Part shown: positions 38,601 to 51,100 of the stretch, in pieces
Position numbering within the stretch: position 1 is the stretch's first letter
How the letters are laid out: each line of letters opens with the position of its first letter
Virus record (IMG/VR): IMGVR_UViG_3300020404_001964
Location: 62,001 to 126,000 of that record
Source of the DNA: an uncultured virus (IMG/VR IMGVR_UViG_3300020404_001964)
Taxonomy: Duplodnaviria; Heunggongvirae; Uroviricota; Caudoviricetes
Reading direction: 5' to 3' (one strand)
DNA: 64,000 nucleotides
Made by a program: the position numbers and the translations under genes
Notes under the pieces: model-generated
What the model was told of the DNA's origin: nothing
Database searches by the model: none
The model's input: the letters and a program-made list of their open reading frames with translations, nothing else

Positions 38601-39136
38601 TAAAATACAAAATATTATTTGGGTCACAAGCAGATACAAGTTTACAAGCAACATTTAAAATTGTTAAAAACACAGAGCAAGTCACAAACGATAGTGATGT
38701 GAAAAGTAGAATTATAACAGCAATCAATCAATTCTTTGCTTTAGAAAATTGGGAATTCGGAGATACTTTCTACTTTACAGAATTAAGCACATATGTGATG
38801 AATGAATTAGCACCTGACCTAGCAACTTTCGTTATTGTACCTAAAGAAGGTTCTAAAGCATTTGGTAGTTTATTTGAAGTAAAATCTGAAAATGATGAAA
38901 TTTTTATCAGCGGAGCAAAAGTTTCTGATGTTGAAATTATAGATGCTGTAACAGCCTCAAAATTAAAAGCAGATGGTAACATAACAACAAGTTCATCAAC
39001 AACCAGCACATTAAGTGGCACATTGCCTACTAGTTCAAGTTCAAGTCCAAGTTACAGCGGAAGTTCAAGTTCAAGTTCCAGTGGAAGTTCAAGTGGAAGT
39101 TCAAGCGGAGGCTCTAGTGGAGGAAGTGGATATTAA
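35612..39136 (+). CDS. gp6: Baseplate wedge subunit (gp6-like)
   Basis: DFDTIR, FNDYIESSE..ALID..AY, ENFLETA.RRES..RLA, FADG.FG..P, QNRMITGEDY. Confidence 0.85.
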   Translation: MSSTDRQNRLLLAEDWKRVYQSYKNAEFKSYDFDTIRRTMIQYIRQNYPEDFNDYIESSEYLALIDLVAYLGQNLAFRTDLNARENFLETADRRESILRLARLISYNPTRNQAANGLLKIVGISTTENIVDSNNLNLSGQTVTWNDSGNTNWYEQFIKILNASLAENEKFGNPVKSENIDAIPTNQYRINANSLDVPVYAFDKTVNGQNLPFEIVSTSFNDGAIVEEAPLTGRKFSMLYRDDGKGASSNNTGFFAHFRQGVLDNGDFNIDVPSNNQSVAIESSNINNTDVWLYTLDTDTGLEDTLWTKVDSVTGNNVIYNSTEKNIRNIYTVLSGADDSISLKFADGIFGNLPQGNFKVYYRRSKNQNIRITPADMQNIQVDVQYVSSNNQVEVLTFTLGLQYTVDNATSSETNDNIRLNAPATYYTQNRMITGEDYNVAPLGTNQEIIKVKATNRTASGISRYYDLIDATGKYSNTNVFGADGVIYKEETENLDTFSFATQTDIEGVIVNQLEPLLSKQQTRNFYIEKFPKVILTDFVPVWQQVTNATNESTGKFIDAVNVIDYQVGSFTASQLKYIEPGAMVKFVAPTGFHFMPDNSLMAGPGDHPGAKDYIWTSVVSVFNDGVSNTSTGEGAVKFNDVIPTSAVASEILPKFSKQFSDDVKTLIIDQAFAYNNFGIRYDVQTRKWNVIDENNLNVFGTFSVGKTGDESNQQLDASWLIKCVNNGATYTITFRGLRYVFESKKEVRFFYDSADRNFNAKTGATIQDKISVLSINTKPDSNNAFNNDINFAISTEYRTQNGYVDSAKIELTQFDSDQDGIVDNPNAFDLVVDPSTNASTKYIFQKLVKNTDGTERYQYCDATEEFIYTRQTSVGAIGDYPNGSIVYLIDSDSFKQVNTTTNTTTDVTNYVAHVGRDKVKFQYVHTVDGNTRLDPSSSNIIDMYILTRTYDINFRLWLAGVTATKPLLPSNDSLYTNFNTPLAKIKSISDTIVYHPVKYKILFGSQADTSLQATFKIVKNTEQVTNDSDVKSRIITAINQFFALENWEFGDTFYFTELSTYVMNELAPDLATFVIVPKEGSKAFGSLFEVKSENDEIFISGAKVSDVEIIDAVTASKLKADGNITTSSSTTSTLSGTLPTSSSSSPSYSGSSSSSSSGSSSGSSSGGSSGGSGY
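39032..39130 (+). repeat. Degenerate AGTTCA/AGTGGA tandem repeat encoding a Ser/Gly tail of the gp6-like protein
   Basis: agttcaagttcaagtcca...aagttcaagttcaagttccagtggaagttcaagtggaagttcaagc. Confidence 0.7.
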
Positions 39137-42100
39137 TGGCATACGACAACAATCAGAAAGATTTCAGTTTGCCTTCAGGCAAAGACAGCGGTAAAAGAGA
39201 ATCTTCAGAATTTTTACCTAAATATTTTAGAACACCAGTCAACCAAAAATTTCTACACAGCACACTTGATCAATTAATATCTCAAGGAACATTAGAAAAA
39301 TTAAATGCTTATTATGGACGTAAGATTACGGACGCCTACAAAGCATCTGATTTGTATGTGCCTGAAGTTGATGCAGACAGAGAAAATTATAAGTTTGAAC
39401 CTAGTGTTGTACAACAAGATGATTTAGGTAATGTAAATTTCTATTCTGATTATATAGATTTTGTTAACCAAGTTAAAAATTTTAACGGTGATGTAACCAA
39501 TCACAGTGTATTGAACGCCCAAGAATATTATGCTTGGTCTCCTAGAATTGATTGGGACAAATTTGTTAATTACAGAGAATATTTTTGGATGCCATACGGT
39601 GCTTCTGCTGTTACAATCACAGGACAACAAAGAAATGTTGTTAGCACATACACAGTAACAAAGTCTGATCAAACAGACAACTACGCATACATTTTCACGC
39701 CAGATGGATTAACAGCAAATCCAACACTTAAATTATACAAAGGCCAAACATACAAGTTTGATATTAATGCTGAAGGTTTACCTTTTGTTATTAGAACACA
39801 AAGAATATTAGACGCATCATATAATGTTACTGACGGAATAGATGTACAAAGTGTAGAAAAAGGAATAATGACTTTTCAAGTCAAAGATTCAGCACCTGAA
39901 AAACTTTACTATGGAAGTGATAATGATATTAATGCTTGGGGACTGATACAAATATATGCTATTGAAGAAAACTCTAGCATTGATGTTGCTAATGAAATAA
40001 TTGGCAAAAAAAATTACACAACGGCTGACGGCGTAGAACTTTCTAACGGTATGAAAATAAATTTTGCCGGAACAGTGACACCTAGTCAGTATGCGGAAAA
40101 AGACTATTTTGTTGAAGGAGTTGGCGAAGCAATTCAATTAATAGATACACAAGAACTAGAAGTTAAAAGTGCTTTTACAGATGTTACTCCGATTCCATTT
40201 GATTCACAAAACTTTGATACAGTAGGATTTGGTACTGCTACTTCTTATGCTGTTGATAAAGACTACATTGTAATCAATAGATCATCTCCAGATAGAAACC
40301 CATGGGCAAGACACAACAGATGGATTCATAAATCTGTAATAGAAGCAAGTGCTAAAGCAAATGGTCAAACAGCCAATATTGATCAAGCCACTAGAGCAAG
40401 ACGTCCTATTATTGAATTTGAAGCAGGTATAAAATTATATAACTTTGGTTTTAAAGCAAAAACAAACATTGACTTAATTGACACAGTAACCACTGATGCG
40501 ATGAGTGACGTAGAAGGTTCACAAGGTTTTTACATTGATGGCATTGCTTTGACTAACGGAATGAATGTCATCTTTTCTGCTGATACAGATCCATTAGTAA
40601 AAGACAAAATTTTTGAAGTTAAATTTATTGATTTTACAGAAGGAACTACCACTACTAAACAAATCAGTTTGGTTGAAGTTACAGGTGGTTCACCAGTTGA
40701 AGGTGATACAGTTTTAACCACAGACGGAAAAAAGAACCAAGGTAAATGGTATTGGTACACAGGCACTACTTGGAAAGTTGGGCAAGAAAAAACAGCAGTC
40801 AACCAGACACCTTTGTTTGATTTATTTGACGACAATGGAGTAAGTTTCACTGATTCAATATTGTATCCTAATAGTTCATTTTTAGGAAATAAAATTTTCA
40901 CTTATGTTGAAGGCACGGGAACAGCAGACACAGAATTAGGTTTTCCTTTAACATATTCAAATGTTGAAAATATAGGTGATATAGTATTTGATTTTAATCT
41001 ATTAAATGAAAATTACACATATCAGTCACAAAATTTAAGTGGAACTCTTAATTCAGAAACAGCATTTTTAAAAAAATATGATGCCACAGGAAATTTTAAA
41101 ACTGTAAACGGTTGGACAAAAGCACCAACAGACAGTTTTCAAAAAGTTAATAGACAGTATGTTGCTACATCAAGTCTAATGAATAACTTCGCTATTGATG
41201 TATACAATCAAAGTGGCGACTTAAATGATTTAACAGCAAATGTTTTTGTAAACAATGTTAAAAAGATTGAAAATACAGATTGGTCTTTTCTAAGAATAGA
41301 TGGCATTGCTTATATTAATTTTACAAAAGACTTAAATGTTGATGATGTTGTTGTAATTAGAACAAACAGTGCTACACCAAAAAATGCTAATGGTCATTAT
41401 GAATTCCCAACAAATTTACAGTCTAATCCATTAAATGCTAAAACAACAAAATTTACTGTGGGTCAAGTTACGGACCATGTCAAATCAATAACAAATGAAC
41501 TTGTAGATATTGAAGGTGTAACTCCAGGAGTAAGCAACCTAAGAGATTTTCCAAATGCTTCAGCATATGGTAGAAAGTTTTTACAACACAGTGGCCCTAT
41601 GCCTTTGGCATCATTCTTGTTAGATAACAGACAAGTTGATTTAATTAATTCTATTTCTACTAGCCAGTATGATTATTTTAAATTCAAAAGAACATTTATT
41701 AAAGCAATGGATGACTTGGGTTTTGATGGAACGCCTAGCCAGACTGTTGATAAAATTTTAAGTAAAATTAATAAAGATAATAACAACAATTTACCTTACT
41801 TCAAAACAGACATGATGGGTATAGGTGCTTTTAAAACAACTACACATACTATATTAGATTTAGATAATAAATTTTTTGCTTTATCATCTAGTTTTAATTT
41901 AACAACATTGTCTACAAAAGCAGTGTACGTGTACCACAATGGTACGCAACTAACACATGATATTGATTATGTGTTTTCAGATGGCTTTGTACAAATTACA
42001 AAAACTGTGGCACTTGATGACACAATAGTAATAAACGAATTTGAAACAACAAATGGAACACATATTCCTGCTACTCCTACAAAACTAGGATTGTATCCGA

Positions 42101-45100
42101 AATATGCTCCTAAGAAATATTTAGATACAACAGCAGTAACTCCATTAAATGTGCTTCAAGGTCATGACGGTAGTGTTATGGTTGCTTTTAACGATTTCAG
42201 AGATGATGTAATCTTAGAAATGGAAAAAAGAATTTTTAACAATATTAAATGTACATACGATGAAGAATTATTTGAAATTAAATCATTTATTCCTAGAGCG
42301 TACTCAAAAAATAAATTCACTTTAGAATCAATCAACAAAACTTTATTAGGAGATTTCAACGAGTGGTTAACATTTATAGGTAACGAAGATTACACAGCAA
42401 ACACTTATTGGGCAGAAGATAACAGTCTTACTTGGAATTACAGCAATATGGTGTCTCCTAATGACACAAATATATTAGGTTTCTGGAGAGGTGTGTATAA
42501 TCATGCTTATGATACTGACAGACCAAATATAACTCCATGGGAGATGTTGGGTTACACAATTGAACCTAGTTGGTGGTCATCAGTGTATGGGCCAGCACCT
42601 TACACAAAAGACAATTTAATTTTATGGCAAGACCTTGAAAAAGGTATTGTGAGAGAGCCTAATAAAAAAATTGTTGTAAAAGAAAACTATAAAAGACCAG
42701 GATTAGCAAGTCATATACCAGTAGACAGCGAAGGAAACATAAGAAGTCCATTTGACAGTGCTTATGCCAGAGGGGCAGTTTTACAACTGACAAAACAAAA
42801 ATTTAAATTTGGGGATCACTCTCCAATAGAGAATACATGGAGAAGAAGTGTTCATTATCCATTTGCTCTTTTAAAAAGTTACATTTTACACCAACCTTGT
42901 AAAGCAATAGGCATAGGTTTAGATACAAGTCGTGTAGGCAGAAATGCTAGTGGTCAAATTGTATACAATTCAGCCACTGCTGTAAGACCTACTGATATTG
43001 TGTGGCCAAGCAGTATAAATGACGAAACAGAAATTTTAACATCAGGACTTTTAAATTACGTTTATGAAACAGTGGAAGATTCACAAACTACAAATTATAC
43101 AGATTACAAAGAACAATTTGCTGGTATTCAAACACAGGTTGGTTTTAAAATAAGAGGCTTCAGTAATAAAGACAAATTTAAATTATTATTGGATAGCAAA
43201 ACACCTTTAAATTCATCAACGTTATTTGTACCAGAAGAAAACTACAAACTGATTTACAATGTTTCTACGCCAGTAGATATTTTAACATACAGTGGTTTAA
43301 TCATAGAAAAACAGCAAACAGGTTTTGCTATCAAAGGTTATGACAAAAATGATCCATACATTAGATATCATATGCCATTTGAACAAGCCAGTGATCCAAC
43401 AGTAAATGTAGGTGGAGTTAGTGCCGCATTTGTTAAATGGGACGCAAACAAAAGATATGATAGCGGTTCTTATGTAAAATATGAAGATAATTTTTATGCT
43501 ACAGATGAAACACACTTATCAACTGAAACATTTGACAGTTCTAAATTTATAAAAATAGTTGAACTTCCTACTGAAGGTGGAGCATCAGCAATTTTAAGAA
43601 AAAGTTTTGTAACAGATAAAGTTATTTCTGCTCCTTATGGCACAGTAATTGATAATATTCAAACAGTAGTGGATATAATTTTAGGTTACGAATCATATCT
43701 AAAATCACAAGGTTTTGAATTTGACCAATTTGATTCACAAAGTTTATTGGTTGCCAATTGGCAATTAAGTGCTAAAGAGTTTTTATTTTGGACAACACAA
43801 AACTGGGATGAAGGCGCTGTAATAAGTTTAAGTCCAGCCAGCAAAAAATTAGTTGTAAATTCAAAATTTGCTACAACAGACAATGTGATAGAAAACAGTT
43901 ACTCTTACGGAGTATTGAAAGAAGACGGAAACACTTTAGATAGAATCAATTTAAGAATTGTACGTAAGTCAAATACATTTGAATTGTTAACAAAAAATAC
44001 AATCAATGGAATATATTTTGCTAAAGTGCCGCTAGTTCAAAAAGAACACGTTTGTTTACTTGACAATACAACAGCATTTAGTGATTTAATTTACGACCCA
44101 GCAAGTGGTTACAAACAAGATAGAATTAAAATGTTGGGTTACCTAACAGAGTGGGATGGTAGTTTAAACATTCCAGGTTTTGTTTTTGATGAAGCAAAAG
44201 TAAAATCTTGGCAACCATACACAGACTACGCAATGAGTGATGTAGTAAAACACAAACAGTTTTATTATACAGCAAATTCAAAATTAAAAGGCACTGCTGA
44301 ATTTGATAGTAATAATTGGCGTAAATTAGATGGCAAGCCAGATAGCAATCTGCTTTCTAACTTTGATTATCAAACAAATCAATTTGGCGACTTCTATGAT
44401 TTAGACACAGATAATTTTGATAGACAACAACAAAAACTTGCTCAACATTTAATTGGTTATCAACCAAGACAGTATTTGAGCAATATAATAAACGACGATG
44501 TAAGTCAGTATAAATTTTATCAAGGATTTATAAGAGAAAAAGGCACAGCAAATGCTTTGAACAAATTGTTTGATGCACTAGCAAGTGCTGATAAAGAAAG
44601 TTTAGACTTTTTTGAAGAGTGGGCAATCCGTAAAGGTCAATATGGTGCTGTAGATACTTTTGACGAAATAGAATACAAACTGGATGAATCGAAAGTAAGA
44701 TTAAATCCACAACCTATTCTATTAACTGATGATCAACCTGTTGCCACAGATTTAGTTTATAGAATACAATCAGGACAGACATATATTGCTCCAAATGGTT
44801 ACACACATAAACCGTTTCCTGTTATGTATGATCAAAACACATATATCAAAACTGCAGGTCCTGTACATCCAATTGATATTACTTTAACTTTAGCAGATTA
44901 TGATGACTTATTAACTACGTCAAGTCTATCAACATTACAGGAAAATCAATATGTATGGATTGGAAACAATCAAGGAACGTGGAGTGTCTTGAAATATACT
45001 AACACAGATCAACAGATTACATCTGTGATAAAAGATGGTAGCACAATTACTGTAAACACACTTACAACTGCTAATATGCAGGCAGGTGAAATTTTTGTTG

Positions 45101-48100
45101 TAAATGCGAATGGAACAGATTATGTATTAAAATGTTCTTCTGTGAATTTAACATCTATTGTATGTGAAGACAAAGAAGGATTTGTTTCAATTGATCCTGC
45201 TACGGGCATTATTAAAAGATTTACTGAATCTAGATTAAGTTCTATAAATGATATTAACACAACTATAAATGTCAAAGGATTGAAGGACAACGAAAAATTC
45301 TGGATTGATCAATCAGATGATGGCACATGGAAAATTGTAAACAACAAATTTGTTTTCAAGAAACACAATGAATTAAGCACAACTACAGAATCTGGAGATT
45401 CAAGTTTTGGAACAGTAATTGCGGCTAACAAACAAAACACAACAGTGTTGGTAAGCCAACCAACAGATGGTGATGGCAAGATATATGTTTTCAACAGAGG
45501 TTTTGAAAGTGGCACATTAGTTTTAAAACAAATTATAGAAGCACCAACTACTGATCCATTAATAAACTTAGATATATTTGGACCTAACAGTAGTTTTGGT
45601 AAAGGAGTAGATATTTCGCCAGATGGAAAATTTGTGTTAGTAGGTGCTCCTACTGCCGACAATCTTCAAACAGAATACAAAGGCGTATTCAATCCAACTT
45701 CAAACTACAATGTTGGAAATATTGTTCAATACAAACAACAATTATGGAGAGCAGTAAATCAAATAGAAGGGGCAGTAGCACAAGACTTATTTTCAACATT
45801 TGATTCAAGTGCATTTTATAAAGAAAATGTAGGTTTTCAAACAACTAATCTTTTAATTGGTGACAGTATTTTCTTGAACAAGACAACTGATCACTTGCTA
45901 ATTAGAGCATCTGCTGATCAATATTCAGCAACTAAAATAGGCGACAGATTAATTTTAAATTATTTAGATTTCAGTTCAGAATATCCTTTAGATAGAAGCA
46001 ATTATTCTAAAGCACCTAATCAACCGTTTGGAGGAGTTTCAAGTCCAACTATAAAAGACAATGTCTTTAGTGGAACAGACGTACCAATTCAAGAAAAAAT
46101 TGATGAAATATTAGAAATTTCTAACACACTTGTAGACCCAGCAGTTGGACAAACTGTAATTACAGGCACAGCAGAAGGAACAGTTGCGTACATAAGAAAA
46201 GTTGCGTCTAAGTCATTGATATACTTAAAAGATGTGAGCGGTGTATTTGAAGCAAGTGCAACATTATTTTTAGATTTACAACCAGTGGGAGATTACACAA
46301 GAGTAAATTCAGAAGATTACAACTACTTAGGCGGATGGTGGAAAGTAGCCGTTGGTGCCAATGTAAGCACAAACGCAGGCTCCGACATATCAACAAGTGT
46401 TGTTGTAAGAGACATAAAAGTACAAAATGAAGTTAGAGACACCAATTCATTTTTCAGTTCTTTGGAACAACCTATAGTGCCAATCACTCCACAAACACCT
46501 TTAGTGAAAGCACAATTTGGTGTTGGTTCTCATTACGAAACTTACAAAATTAATCCTGCCAACAATACGTGGGAAGTAAGTGGTCAAAATATTTTAAGCA
46601 ACAAATGGTTTGTGAGAACAGGTTATGACATTGCTCATGACAGTACTTTAAATACAAGTAATTCAAGTAATAACATAAGTGTATATTTCAACAATGTTGA
46701 TTCGAGTGCTTATGATTTTTCTGACCTAAGTATTAGTGCTTCTGACACAAATGGTTTGAAAGAAGTTGTAGACGTTTGGGAAGGATATGTTGATGTAGAT
46801 TCGCAACCAGATAATAATGCTAATTATTATTTTCCAGAAGCAGGCGTACACCAAATATACGATCCAAGCACACAGGCACAGGCTGACGTAACTTTTGTAC
46901 AATTTATTGCTTTAGAAAAAATAAGAATTTACTTTAACAATTCAAACGGCAAACAATTTAGTTTAGGTTCTGATGCTGGAGTATCATCTACATTAACAAG
47001 ACTAGGTGGTGGCGTAAACAGAAGCCTAGGATCAATTGAGCAAACAGTTCAATCAGGTCCAGCAGATGGAGATATTTTAGTTTTTAATCATACACAAAAC
47101 ATTTCAGTAACTGGAAATCAAAATTTTTACGCAGTAAATGATATTGAATATTGGATTTGGGACGAGTTTGAAAATGTTCCAGGTATAAGTCAAAGTGCAA
47201 ATATTCCTAGCAGTCAAAATAAAGACTATGTACAAGTTTACAATATTCCAGTTGGCGAAGGTGTACAAAGCGGATTAACTAATCAAGGTGCATTTTTAGT
47301 TTATAAGAAAAATACTGATGGAATATTTGAATACAATTCAGCATACACAGTACCAGACACACAAAGTGGTTTAAGATTAGGAAACAGAATACAAATACGT
47401 GAAGTGGCAGATACAACTGTGGCATTTATAGGTGCTGAAGGAGATGGATCAAGTAATTTACCAGGTAAAGTTTACTTTATAAAATATAGTGCTACTAAAA
47501 ATTGGTGGTTAGGCATAGATGAAAAATACATGGGTCTATTTGATGATCAAGCAGATTACATTAAAGATGAATTAGTTGTATACAATAATCAATTGTACAA
47601 AGCCAGCACAAACATAAGTGCAGGTGCATTTCAAACAAGTTTATGGCAACTACAAGACACACATACAGATGTATTAGGATATGTGCCTAACGATAGTGGC
47701 ATAGAATTACAAGGCGACTCAACATTAGACCAAAGCAATTTAATACGTTTTGCTAAAACATTTGATGTTGATACAAATGGTGTAAATCTAGTTGTTACAA
47801 ATGAATATGGCGATGATAGACAAAATGTCGTTGTGTACAGAAACACAGATGGGCATTACACTTACAAACAGACTATTACACCATTAGATGATTCTACACC
47901 AATTATAAACTTTGGTGCTGATATCAGCATATCTGGAGACGGTGAATTAATTGCTATTGGATCACCACTGAAAGATTTGACAGAAATTGACATGGGTGTT
48001 GTCAATGTATACAAAAAAGTAAACAATGACTCTGGACAATATGTATTAAATCAAACATTAGTAAGTCCAAGCATGGAAACTTCAGAACAGTTTGGGTCAA

Positions 48101-51100
48101 CATTATCATTTAGCGGTGATACTTTAGCAGTAACATCATTTAAAGGCGATCAACAAGTTGATGACGGTTCGACAGTGTTTGATACTAGACATGATGTTGG
48201 TTCAGTACACATATTTGAAAAATTTGAAAACACTTTATTGTACGCAGAAAAATTCAGTTATGATGAAACATTCACAGAGTTTGGAACAAACTTACTAGTA
48301 AACAATAATCACGTTTACATTGGATTACCTAAATTACAATTGGCTGGAAAAGAAAAGGGCACAGTCGTTAACTTTAGAAAATCTCCAGAACAAAACAACT
48401 GGACAAGTTTACATCAAAGTGTTGGAGGAGTAGCACAACCAGATTTATCTAAAGTACAAGGAATATTCTTATACAGTAAATCAAAAAACAAATTATTAAC
48501 TAGATTAGATTTTGTTGATCCAATAACTGGAAAAATTCCTGGACCAGCAGAAGCGGAAATTAGTTACAAAACAAACTATGACCCAGCAGTATACAACAAT
48601 GATTCAGCAGTAGGAACAGTAGATAAAACAAATCACTGGGATGAAAGTCAAGTTGGTAAATTATGGTGGAATATAAGCAAAGCGAAATACTACTATCCTT
48701 ATTTGGACAATATTATTTTTAACAATTCATATTGGAACAAATTATTTGTTGGTGCTAGTATAGATGTACATGAATGGAGTGAATCTTCATACACACCTAC
48801 ACAATACAATGCTATTAGTCAATCAGAAGATGGCTCTGCACTGGGTATAACGGGAACAGTAGAAAACACAACCAACTTTGTTACGAAAAGAATTTATGAC
48901 AAAGTTGCAGGCAAGTTTAATAATAGATATTATTACTGGGTAAAAAGTAAAACAACTACTCCAGAAATAGAAAATAGATTATTAAGTGCGAATGCAGTTG
49001 AAAAATTGATCAAAGATCCTCGTGGACAAGGATACAAATACGTTTCAGTATTCGGCGAGAACAAATTTGCTATTGTAAATTGCGACTCTTTTATTGAAGC
49101 AAATGATACTGTGATTAATTTTAGAATAAACAATGTAGATTCTAACAATAACGTTCACAAAGAATATGCTTTAATAACAGAAGGCAGTGCTACAAGCACA
49201 TTACCGAAAGATATAGAAACTGTATGGTTCAACAGTTTAATTGGATATGATGCTCAGTCTAATCAGATCCCTGATCCAAATTTAAGTGACAAATTAAAAT
49301 ATGGAACACTTCAAAACCCAAGACAAAGTTGGTTTGCAGACAAACAAGAAGCATTAAAACAAGTAATTGAAAGAGTTAACACTTCATTGAAAACAAATTT
49401 AATTGTTGATGAAGTAGATTTAAGCAATTTAATACAATCTGATCCTGCTCCATTAATTAATTCAGGTCTGTTTGATACTACAATCGATACAGAACAAGAA
49501 TTAGATTTTGTAGGAATTGGTTCAGTCAAACCTGCGTTTCTAAATATAACAATTACAGATGGAAAAATTTCAAATGTAGTTGTCACAGATGCAGGTAAAG
49601 GATATAAATCTATTCCAACTGTTAAAATTAAAAGTCTTACAGGTGAAGGTGCATTAATAGGCTTAACAATTGATACAAATGGATCAATTAACAGTGCTAA
49701 AGTATTGAAATCAGGGAAAAATTACAGCAACAATGCTACTATTGAAGTACGTCCATTTAGTGTGTTAGTAAACAATGACAGCACAGTCGATGGTAAATGG
49801 GCAATATATGGATATGTTACAGGTGATGGTTGGCAAAAAACTAAAATACAATCATTCAATGTGAACTTGTATTGGGAGTATGCTGATTGGTATGCTACAA
49901 ACTATAATTCATACACTGCAATAGACCATGTGATATCTCAAAGTTATCTAATTAACTCTTTAGAAGACAGCATAGGACAAATTGTTAAAATTGAAAACAT
50001 TGGTTCAGGCGGATGGTTACTACTTGAGAAAATTGATGATCAAGCAGATGTTGATTACACTGTAAATTACAAAACTATTGGTAGACAAAATGGAACGATA
50101 CAGTTTTCAGATAAACTTTACGTGTACAGTGGAAATGTTGGATTTGATTCCAACAGTTTTGACATTCAATTGTATGATAGACAGCCTATACAAGAAACAA
50201 GAGTTGTATTAGAAACAATTAGAGACAAAATATTTGTTGAAGAATTAGCAATAGAATATAATAAACTTTATTTCTCTAGTATTCAATATGCTTTATCTGA
50301 AAATAAACTTAATGACTTTGTGTTCAAAACAAGTTTTGTTAAGGCACAACACAATGTTGGTCAATTAGAACAAAAAATTACATTTAAAAATGACAATCTA
50401 TCTAATTATGAAGATTATGTTCAAGAAATTAAACCATACAAATCTAAAATTAGAGAGTATGTAAGTTCATATGAAAAATTAGAACCAACAAATTCTGTAA
50501 TAACTGATTTTGACTATCCACCAAGATATGTTAATGGAATAATTACACCATCAAAAGTTACTATTAACAATGATCAACTTGTAGGTGCTGATGGCATTAC
50601 AACTTATCCAGATAAAAATTGGAAAGATAACATTGGATTCAAAATTACTGGCATTAATATAGCAGATGGTGGCACAGCATACACAAATCCACCTGCTGTT
50701 GAAATAACAGGCGGTGGTGGTTCAGGTGCTAAAGCCACAGCATACATTAAAAATGGAGTTGTATATAGAATTAATGTTACAGCAGGCGGTTCAGGTTACA
50801 TATCATCACCAACAATTATTTTAAGTGGTTCTACAACTGGTGTACAAGCAAAAGCAAGTGCAGTGTTAGGCGAAAGTTTAACAAAAACAAGTCATATAGG
50901 AATCAAATTTGACAGAAATACTGGTGATTCTTTTATTACAAACCTTAACAGAACAGAAACGTTTACAGGCAACAACAGCCAAATTAAATTTAAATTAAAA
51001 TGGCCTATGGATGTAAGAACAAACACAATCAGTATACTTGTGGCAGGCAAAAAACAATTGAAAAGCACATTTACATATGGCAATGAAACAGATAACACAA